A stretch of DNA of 64,000 bases, from the NCBI GenBank assembly GCA_020440025.1, contig JAGROX010000003.1, forward strand, positions 6,069-70,068, given 5' to 3'. The position numbers and the translations under genes were made by a program. This stretch comes from Verrucomicrobiia bacterium. Its GTDB lineage: Bacteria > Verrucomicrobiota > Verrucomicrobiia > Verrucomicrobiales > DEV007. The notes beneath the pieces were generated by a model. It saw only the letters and a program-made list of their open reading frames with translations. It ran no database searches and was not told the DNA's origin. Positions 45,793 to 56,400 of the stretch are shown piece after piece (position 1 is the first letter of the stretch; each line of letters starts with the position of its first letter).

Positions 45793-46938
45793 TCAGTTCG
45801 GAGAAACCGGGCCGCCGTCGCCACCGTTGCGGGTTACTTTCAAAGCGGAAATCGCTACGAAGTTGGAACCCAGATTGTTCGGGATCGCGTTGCGAAGCGC
45901 GGTGTCGAATGCGGTCTGATCGGCATCGAGTGCGGGAATCGAATAGAGCTGCTGGTAGCCCCAGAAGGTATAGGAGCCGTTGATCACGTTATCGATCGAG
46001 AATTCGACGCCATTATATTTTAGGGCCTTTCCGCCATTGCTGATCACTGTGGCACCATCGGACGCGCCGATATAACCAATAGCGACGTAGTTTTCGCCAC
46101 TCACGTTGCTGAAGTCGGAAGCGAGGATGTTGCGGAGCGTTCCGCCGCTGGATTGTCCTCCGTCACCAAGGGTGCCGAGCGAATTGATTGGCTGTCCGGC
46201 ACCTGCGGTCACCGTATCTGCGCCGTACTGCTGCACGGCCGTAAACGCACCGTATTGGGTTTCAGCAAGTGCGGTGGCACGGGTTCCGGAACCGTTGTTG
46301 CGACCAAATGGGAGGACATAGCGGCCCGTGGAAGGGGAAGCGACCGGATCGTCGGCCGGATTGTTGGTCCAGGTGCTAAGCGGCATTTGACCCTGAGAGT
46401 AGAGGGCGGCGAAGATCTGATCCGTCATGTTATCCAACTCTGCTGGAGCCGTGGAGCTGGCAGCAAAGATGAACGGGACGACTCCGACCGGTCCGCCAGC
46501 CAGGTTGGCTGTAGGATCGTTGGAGAGAGCAACACCCACATCCGAGAATGCGAACTGGGCTTTCACTGCCTTCGTTCCGGTTGCCTGACTTGCGGCACCC
46601 GCCGTGGTGGGAACGGCGATCGTCTCGTCGAGCACGTTGATGTCGGTCTGTTGAGCGACCGAGGAAATACCAGCGGTTGATCCACTCCAAGCCGTGCGAA
46701 TGATATAGGTTTTCGCGTTGAAGGTACCAGTGAAGACCGCCTGGCTTGCACCGCTGAGGGTGGAACCCGTGTGGGCGTAAGAGGCAACTCCCTGGCCGCC
46801 TAGAACGTCCAGGATAGTGGAGTGAGCGGCAGACCGAAACGCGGTGGAACCCGTGAGATTGATTTCAACTTGGGCGAAACTGGAAGCGGTGCCGAGGAGG
46901 GCCACCGCGCCAGCAATGAGTAGGGACTTGAATTTCAT
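45793..46938 (-). CDS. Secreted PstS-like (type 2 periplasmic-binding fold) substrate-binding protein
   Basis: I chose the ATG at 46938 (MKFKSLLIAGAVALLGTASSFAQ). Mature start INLTGSTAF, WSGSTAGISSV, FSDVG and RNNGSGTRA fit the PBP_like_2/PstS pattern. The family call is by eye only. Confidence 0.55.
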   Translation of the reverse strand: MKFKSLLIAGAVALLGTASSFAQVEINLTGSTAFRSAAHSTILDVLGGQGVASYAHTGSTLSGASQAVFTGTFNAKTYIIRTAWSGSTAGISSVAQQTDINVLDETIAVPTTAGAASQATGTKAVKAQFAFSDVGVALSNDPTANLAGGPVGVVPFIFAASSTAPAELDNMTDQIFAALYSQGQMPLSTWTNNPADDPVASPSTGRYVLPFGRNNGSGTRATALAETQYGAFTAVQQYGADTVTAGAGQPINSLGTLGDGGQSSGGTLRNILASDFSNVSGENYVAIGYIGASDGATVISNGGKALKYNGVEFSIDNVINGSYTFWGYQQLYSIPALDADQTAFDTALRNAIPNNLGSNFVAISALKVTRNGGDGGPVSPN

Positions 46939-47414
46939 GGTTGATGCTGTGGTGAAGGGTAACGTGTTAGTTTGGATTAAAAGGAGGACGGTTGAGCCCT
47001 CGCCTATTGGCACGCCTTATTTCCTTTTTAAATGATAGATCGCAATTTTTGATCGGTGACATTCTCGGCACGAGATTGTGTAAGTTGTCACATGAAATTA
47101 GAGGGAAAGGTGAATGCTAAAAGATGGCGAAAAAGTCACATTGAGTATTTGGTGATAGTAGATCTTTGTATGGCATTGAGCGGCATCGAATTCCCTGTGA
47201 TTGGATTTTCTATGTATATAAAAAACGAAAAACGTTGCTTGCCTTTGAAGGGGTTTGGTTGCCGCCGATTTCCGCAGAATTTGGTTCCGGGTACGATGCG
47301 ATGCTGGATTTGAAATCCCTGGCGGCGATGGGGGAATTGCCGAAGTCCCATTTTTGAGCCGCTCAGAAATTGAACGGCCTGTCCTAGCCTTGGGCGTCCC
47401 GATGAGCCGAAGCG

Positions 47415-50400
47415 TTATTCAGGCTTCGCGTCATCGTCATCGTCCTCCCGAGGAGCTGCGCCTTCGGGCACTGGCGCCGCTGAGCTTCCCCCACCGTAGC
47501 CGAGAACCTGGACGGTGATGACGGAAGGGGGAGCCTCGGTGGTCGTCGTGTTCGACTGTCTCCTCGAGGCCTCTTCTGTGGCGCTTGCGGTTGTCGTCGA
47601 CGCTCCCGCCGTTGAGGCTGCGGCGCTGAGTCCGCCGATATTGGGAGCGGAAACCGTGGGGGCCGCCGGTGCTCCCGTGGCTGACCCGCCCACTGATATA
47701 TTCGAGGCATTCACCACCTGAGTTGCCGCGAGGTTGATGTTGCCCGTGACTCGGATACCGGCATCTCCGGCATCGATGACTCCGGTGGGAGCGATCAGAT
47801 CGACGTCGCCCGGCATCACGCCAGCCACGGTGTCGAGCACACCGATTCCACCGCCGGTGGCAAGGCCTGCCAGATCGGTCTCGACGGTGGCGCTTTGGGG
47901 ATCGATCAGAACGCGAGTCGGCGGCGCCGATTGAACCGTCTTCGATGAAGAACCTGCGGCGATATCACCGCTCGAAGACCAGATCATGATATTGCCTCCC
48001 CGGAGGGTGAAGATACGACCGACACCAATGTCGACATTGGTATCCGTGAAGATGGAGATATCGCCGCCGGACTCAGTAACGATGCCAGGAGGCACTAGAG
48101 AATTGGCATCAAGCGTGCTCGAAAGGGTGAGCCCACCGCTCGGAGCGAGGATGGCGATATCGCCACCATTCTGTGTTCGGATATTGCGAGCGCGGGTGAG
48201 GATTTCACCCTGTCCGCCACCTTGGCCAAACAGGGCATCGATGGCGGCGAACCCGGAGTCATAGTTGCCAAACCCTGGGCTGGTGGGGTCATTGAAATTT
48301 CTACCGGCATCCCGGAGGATGAGATAGAAGACCTCCAATGCCTTCTGTGCCTGTTGTTCGGCGGATAAGCTGTCGAAATCATCAATTCCGAGCTCGGCGA
48401 GATAGCGATCGCCCTCTGCTCCCTTTACGAACTGATCAATGAAAGATTGGATTTCGATATCACTGTTCGCAAGGCTGGTGGCGGAACCGATCCCGGCACC
48501 GACAATCAGGTTGGCACCTTCAAAAGATAGAAAGGGATTTCGAGAGTTACCTAGACTGACGATACCAGTTCCGGTGCCGTCGGGATTGTTGGATCCTGAA
48601 CCGAGATCCACGTCGCGCTCAGCGAGCACCTGAAGACTTCCGGGGCCGCCAATATGAATGTCGCCCGCTCTCGGGCTCTCATTGACCGCGAGAGCATTTC
48701 CGGATGCGAGGGAATTCACCCGCAGTGGGCTGGCTGAGTTATAGGCGGTAATGTCTCGGCCTGCCGTGATGATGGTCGCATCTTCTTCGCCGAGATTCTG
48801 GAGATAGAAAGCGATGTCGGAAATATCATTCGAAGCATAGATCCGAGAAGCTTTGGGAGAGAAGAGCCGAAGGCCCGAAAGGTTTCCACCCAGGGCGTAG
48901 ACCCTGAGCGGATCTGAATCGTTGAGATGGAGCAGACCAGGAGTATGCAATGCCTGTTTCGTTTGAGAGACAGCGAATCGGCCGGTATTGGAACCCGACT
49001 CCGAAAAGAGATTGCCGATGTTGGCGAGGAAGTTGTTTTGAGTGTTGATGTTGGCGTTGGAAGAGCTGCCCGCGACACTGAAGTAGGCGAAGGGATCGAT
49101 TGCGGAGGGAACGGAGTTCGGATTGGCGTCAGAGACGTTGATCTGTGAGGCGCTCCAGAGTCTGACGGTTTGTCCGGGGAACCGCGTGGTGGATAGGCCG
49201 ATCGGCTGCAAGGCATTAATCTGATTCGCGGCGAGCAGCTCAAGCTGTCCACTGGGCGCGGGGAAGAGAGTGATGTCTCCAGCCAGATTGATGTCTCCAG
49301 CCAGAGAGGTGGCGCGAAGGGTGGGAGGCTGCACCGGGAGGATGGCGGAGAAGGGTTGGAGACTGGTTTCCGCGAGTCGCAACCAGGGATGGTAGTAAGC
49401 CGCTCCGGTAGGACCGACGGAGAGTAGCTGTTGTTTTTCGAGCCAGACCTCGAGGATGTTTCGGGAAACCGCGCTATCGGGGGTCACGACGGAGTTGCGC
49501 AGGGTCACATCCCCACCGAGAGACGAAACATTGATGGCGGAGTCCGGGCTGTAGGTGCTGAAATAGCTCTTATACCAGAATCGGTTGTTCAGACCGGGAG
49601 GAAGGAGAAACGGGTTACCGGTGGGCCCGAGAAGGAGATCTCCATTCGCGGAAACATTGAAAGTACTCTTGCCGGCAAACAGGGTGGTCGGAAGCCATGT
49701 CAGGGGATCGAGGCGAGCGGTATCGGGATTGTTCAGATTTTGAATGATGCCAAGGGACGGCGACCGAGTGGCGTTGGTCGTGATCTCGTTGCCGGCTTCG
49801 AGGCGACCGGTGCCTCGCTCCACGTAGTAGATGCCGCCATCGATGTTGTTGCCGCTCCGAATCAGCAGATCTCCGCCACCGAGTTCCAGCAACTTGTCGG
49901 CATCGGGAGCGCCGATGGCTGCTCTTGAGTTGGTCGGGATGACGGCATCGACATTCTTCACATCGAGCCCGGCAACCAAGGAGACATCGCCACCTCCCAG
50001 AGCGCCGACGCCTTGGAAGAAATTGCTGAAGTCAACCCACCAGCTGGTGGAAGCGGCGGGGTCGGTCAAGGCAATCGGACCCGATCCGACTCTAACCAGG
50101 CCATAGTTCCCGTCGGACCCGATGTATCCCCGGCGATAGAGCCAGTTGTTCGGCAGTTGCCGTGAAGAATCGTCGATCAGACCCGAATTGTTGGCGGTTT
50201 TTCGCTCAATATTTTCGCCAGCCGAGATGAAGACATTGCCTCCGCCCATGCTGTACTGAGCGGGGTAGGATTGTTGGCGCGCACCCAGGCTGCCTTGCGT
50301 CAAATTGCTGACAGTGATGGGAACCACGAAGTCGTTGGCCGCGAAGATCGACGTGGGATTGGCCACCTGGGTTCCTGCGGTGTAGATCGAAGCGAAGGGA

Positions 50401-53400
50401 TTGAGCAATTGCAGGCTTCGACCAACATTCAGTTCGATGTTTCCGGAGCCTGTCCGGATGACTTGGAAGGCATTGCCGATCACGGAAGAGGTCACCGCAT
50501 TGTTGCCACCGTTGGTGATGGTATTACCTGTGTTCTTTCCAAGCCGCAGAATACCGGTATTTGCGATCAGCTGGTCGGTGGGGCGTACCTCGCGAAAGTT
50601 GGCTGCGGCAAAATCTGATCCGGCGGTGAACTGGTAGGACCACGACTCGGTGTTGTCCGGGAGTAGGGGATTGTTGGCGACCAAGGGAGAGAGCCAGAGG
50701 CTGGTGCCGCCGCCAAATCCGTCGCTGATTGCGTTGTAGAAATTCAAATCATCCTGGGCGCGAAGAGTGAGGACGCCGGGAGCGCTACGAGGTCCGAATC
50801 GGAGTCCGGCGAGGTTCCAGTCCGATCCGGAATTGGAGAAGCTTGAGCCGAGATTGAGGCTACCGCTGCGATTGATGACTTCCGCTCCGGGCGCGAGAAT
50901 CAAATCGAGCGTGGGTTGAATCGAAGTCAACCGGGCCAGCATGGCGCTGTAGTTGGCTCCGCTGACCCCGGAGGCGCCGAGAAAGGCATTGCCATCGGCT
51001 TGGATGGTGGACAAAAGAGGGTTATCCAGCACACCTGACCCTGTTAGGTCGTAGAGTCGATACCCTTCAACTAGAATGCTGGACGGATCGGTGATGGTGG
51101 AACCGATGGAGGTAATCTGGACATCGGTGAACCCGGCGTTTTGCGGTGCGCGCAGATGCAGAGTGCCGGTAAACTGTCCGCGCGATTCACTGTTGGGCTG
51201 GGCCGCAGCAACGGAGAGATCGAGAGTCGAGCCTGCCTGGAGGTCGAGCATGGCGCCGGGATTGATGCTGCCATTGATGGCGGCCCCGGCAGTCAGTGAG
51301 ATGTCGCCGCCTTTTCCGGCGGCGGAGAATGCGTCGCCCGACGCGTCGAGCAGGGCCCCTGATTGAACGGTCAAATCTCCGGCGGCGATCAGATCAATGC
51401 TGCCCCCGGTTTGGCCGGAGGCATCGATCGATCCGGTAACCGTGATCGATCCGTTGTCGGCGGCAAGGCGATAGCTTCGGGCGGTGGCGCTACCGGAGAT
51501 CGTGAGATCACCGTTGCGGACTCGGTAGTCGCGAAGTTCGCGGAAAGTGCCGGCATTCAACTGAGTGTCGATGGCGCTGAGGTCATTCTCAGCGATGTTG
51601 CCTGCGTCGAGAGAGAAAGAACCGGTGCGACGATTTCCTCCGGCCGAGCCGGTGATGGCTCCGGAGATGGTAAAGGTTCCGTTTGGCGCGCTGACGTTGA
51701 GGTTTCCTGCGTTGCCGCCGCCCGATGGCGCAGAGATGTCGATGGCGCCATTGGCCGCAATGGTGACTCCGCCAGTGTCGGAGATCAGGTTCACGGTTCC
51801 GCCGTTGGTGTAGCGAACCAGATCAAGGAAATTTCGAGAGACGCCACCGACGTTGATACGGGCATCGTCGAGGTTGCCGACCACCAGTTCGCCGCCCGTT
51901 GCCTGCACCGTGATCTGGCCGCTCGGGGCGAGAATATTGGTGTTGGCCGAAACGGTATTCCCTTTCAGGGCAAGGGTGGCTCCAAGTCCTCCGGCCCCGG
52001 TCCCGTTTCCTCCTCCAACAGGTCGAGACAGCGAAAGATCACCATCTGCAGAGATGAGGTAGTTGGAAGCTCCCGCACCGGTCACGATGGGGGTGACGAT
52101 TTCGATGTTTCCGACGGTTTGAAAGGAGCCGATACCTGCTGTCAGCAATCGCGACTTTGAATTCATTTCGACCGTATCGAAATTTTCGACGTGGACATCG
52201 TTGTTGCCGAGAGAGATCTGGTTGGCATTGAAAGCCAGGGAACCATCGAGAGGGCCGGCGGGCAATGCGGTGAAAGGGGCATCGTTGGCATTGCCGATGA
52301 GCAACTGATTCGCGGTGAAGGCGACCTGGCCTCCGGCGGTGTTGAAACCTCGAATCGATCCGGCCTGCAGCGACAGTCTTCCCAGGGCATCTGATCCCAC
52401 CGAACCCGTGCCGTAGAGATCGAGCGTGGAGTAGCTCGCCAGAGTGAGGCGGCGGGCAGTTTGCTGGAGCGTTTCCAGCGCCAGTCCCGACAGTACGAGT
52501 CCGTCAGTGGGATTGAGCGCTCCGGGATTGTCGAGTTGGAGACTGATTTGGCCGCTGTTGAGGTTGACGGTTTTTGCGGTGAGACGTGCCGTCGGATCGA
52601 GGTCGGTTGCGTAGGTGGAATCGAGCGTCAGGCTGCCTCCGCTGAGCGAGGCATTCGCTCCGATGGTCATGGAGGGAATGGTTGATCCGCTGACACCGTC
52701 ACGGAAGACGGGGGCGCTGGTGTTTCCGCTCGCCCGGATGAGAACCCCGTCCCCGCTGCCTGGAATAGCGTCGTCACCGATGAAGATCGAATCCAGCGTG
52801 GCAGCGGATCTTGTGCCGCGGATGGAGGCACCATCAGTAAGTTCGATGCTGCCAGTGGCTGCGAGAATGATGTCCGAACCGGTGAGTGGCGCGCCAGCAT
52901 TGTCGACCATGATGTTGCTCGTCCGCACGGTCACGGTGGCACCGTTGGTGTCGAACTTGCGAAGTCCGCCGATGAGCAGACTCTCGGCGTTGAAGGCATT
53001 CAACTGAGAAGCACTCAACACGAGATTGCCGACACCTCCGCCAGTTCCGGTCCGGTTGACGATGATGTCGACCGGGCTACTGATGTCGATAAGGCTGCCG
53101 CGTCCTCCCGGAGGTGCCACGGAATCGACGGCCCCGCGGAGCGACATTGCGGAGAGAGCTGAGAAAGAGAGGTAGCCGGAATCGATTGGCAGACGCGGCG
53201 GGGTGAAGTCGCGATCGATGGCGGCCTGACGAAGGAAGGTGTTCGCGTAGAGATCTTCGTATTCCGCCCGCTGTCGCATCACGTTGGCCGAGGCGACTTC
53301 AAGACGGATCATCGACGTGCGCCCGACGCGGCTGGCATCTAGGCCGTTGGATCGGTATCCAGAAACAAGGCTCGAGCCGTCCGGCATCACAAAAGTCCCG

Positions 53401-56400
53401 ATGGGATCGCCCGCCTGCGGGGTGGCGCTTGCCGGAGTCACGAGAAAGGCGCCCGGCAACAAAGCATAGCGCGCCGGTAGCAAAGTGTAGGTCCCGGCCG
53501 CAAGCCCGGGGCTGCCCCCGAGAGTGACGCGATCTCCGACGCTGAGGGTATCGTTGACGTAGCCGCGATCTCCCTGAAGCTCGACGGCGAGGGAACTGGT
53601 ATTGAAAGAGCCATAGGGTGAGTAGTTGAATCCATAGCCAGGGATGACCGCGAAGCTGGTGGAGTTGGCGAGAATGTCGCGCGTGCCACCGTTGCCTTGA
53701 ACCCATCGGTAGGCGTAGAGATCGCCACCTCCACGAATGTCGATGGTGGATCCGGCTTGAGTGGTGACGTTGTTTCCGCGGAGATTGACCGCCTTGGTCG
53801 GCAGCCCGGCGATGGTGATGTCGTTGCCGGCAGGATCGATCCACGAGTTTCCGTCGATGCTGATACCGAAAGGAATGAGCAATCCTTCGCCGGTCCGGGG
53901 ATCGACCGCTGCCACCGAGGTGACGCTGCCAGCTCTGAGAGTCAGGTTGTCGGTTACCGGCGTTGCGATGGTGCTGCCAGCGATCGGATTGACCGGGGCG
54001 TCGCCGACGCCATTGTATCCGAGATTGATGACCCCGATCGGGGCACGGAGGGTTCCTCCTTGGGAAATGTTCGAAGCGTAGATCGACAGAGTGCCGCCGC
54101 CCGAGATCGGCATGGGTCGGTAGCTGCCTCCGAGAATGTTGACCGAACCGGGGCGAACGCCGCTGCCGGGATCGTAGTCGTAGGCATAGACATTGAAATC
54201 TGACAGCGTGGTCGGATAGATCTGACCTGCCTGAAGCGTCAGATTACCGGCGATGTTCAGAGTGCCATTTCCCCGGATATCGCCCTTCGGCGCGAGGAAA
54301 CGGGCGTTGCCGATTCCCTGCAGAGACAGGTTGCCGATGTCGATGAGTTCGGCCCGGACCGTCAGACTACCTTTGCCCCACGTCGGGGCGAAGTGATAGA
54401 AAGGCGTGGTGATTCCCGCCGCGTCGGTACTGGTGAAAAGCGAGACCTGATCGGCATCGAGGGCTGGTGGACGGAAGTTCTGGCCGAGCGCCACGTAGGT
54501 GGCGCTGAGCGATACCGCGTCGTTTGCGTAGATCACGCCGCCGTCGGCCACGCGAAGGCTGCCGGGCATGTTGATGGACACCGGGCCGGAAAACTGAACA
54601 TTTCCGCCGAGCGCGAGCGAGTCGAAACCGCCACCGGCAAAGCTGGAGACGGCAATGTTTCCGAGACTGGGCAGCGCATTTCCGCTCGCGTCCAACACCT
54701 GCCGCCCGACGCCTCGTGGAAAAGGTGAATTCGGGAGGGTGACGCCATTTTGGGTCACGACCAAATTCGGATCAGCTGAAGTGTAGGGCTGACCGGGGAT
54801 GGTAAGTCGTCCCGAGGATACGGAGAGGGTTCCACCGATGGCGGAGGGGCCGCCGGGGCGTCCGATGAAAGTGGCATCGGTGTAAAGAAATTCGGAACCT
54901 TCGATGGCGATGCTGCCGCCATTGCTGTCCAAGCGGACCGGCACCCATTGAGTTCCGCGCAGGCCTTGAATGGGTTCGGCATCGACGGTGAGGAAGCCGG
55001 GCGGCAGATCCAGTACGCCCGTACTGCCGGACACGTCGAAAACCGAGCCGCGCTCGGCGACGATATTACCGGAAACCGAGACGGATCCGCCGGGAAGGAT
55101 GGTGCCGACGCGATGCCCTCGGCCGTCGGTATAGATGATGGGTTTTCCAGCTGCGGAGAGGAAAGCCTCGCGCCCGATGTAAACGGTGGTGCGGGCGATG
55201 CCGGTTTCGAATTCTGAGCCCGGATAGGTATCGGCTCCGGCGATGCTGATGCTGCCGCCTGGGGCGACGACGGAACCTTCGATGCTAACCGTCTGCCCGG
55301 AAAAAGCAACGCTGCCCAGTCCGTCAGTTTCGATGGAAGTGTTTCTTTCCATCACCACATCCCCGACCACAATCGGTACGTTGGTGTAGGGATCGGTGGC
55401 GCCGGTGGCGTTGAATGCGAGGTTTGCCGGACTGCGCAATCCCTCGGGTCTGGTGAAAGGCGTCAGAGTGAGTCCCTTGCCCCAGTCCGTATGCGGGATT
55501 GCAAGCCAGCCTTCGACGATGGGGCGAATATCCGTGCCGCTGACGATTCGGACGCCGGGTATGGAGGGCATCCCGTTTTCTCCTGGAATGCCAATGCCGG
55601 TCAGAGAGAAGCTCGCAAAGCCGCCGGTGCTGAAAAAATCGGGATCAATGGAAATGACCCGTGGATCACTGGATCTCCCGCCGACGACGAAGGCTGGCGC
55701 CGTCAGGCTGAGTGAACCACCGGTGGCGCCGGAGTAGCCTTGCATCGTGCCGCCCGCCAGATTCAGCGAGCCGCCGATGACCGAGTCGATATTGAGATCG
55801 CGCCCCCCGGCGATGGAGAGACTACCTCCGTCGCCGTAGGTGACCTTGCCGACGGGATTCATGCGGGCACCGCCTGACACGTCGAGAAAGGTATCTCGAC
55901 CGATGGTGGTATCGAATCCGGCAAGAGTGATCGTGCCGCCGCCGATCGTGACCGGCAGCAACTCGGGAGAGCTGGCGCGCTCGTCGACCACCAGTCCGGC
56001 GGTGCTGAGAAAGGCTCCTGGTTCCAGCATCAGACGTCCCCTACCAAGAGTGGGATCGGGCAAAACGGGTGACGAGGAATTGTTCAGAGCATTGAGGGTA
56101 TCGAGCGAGAGATTGTAGGCATTCAGTTCGATGTTGCCACCGGGGGCGATCAGGCTGCCCGCCACGGTGATGTTCGAACCGTGCATCACCAGATTACCAC
56201 CCGGTTGGGTCTCCAGAGTGATGCTTCCGGGAACCTCGATTTCACCGTCGTAGTTTTCGATCGTCAAGGAGCCGAAGCCGCCTTTGGTCAGCAGATCAGG
56301 CGAGAGTTCGACCTTGGCCAATCGGTCGGCACGCAGAGGGCTTGGATTGCCCAAAGCGTCTAGCCCAAACGCGGTCGCCGCACGCTGTGAGGGAGAGTTG

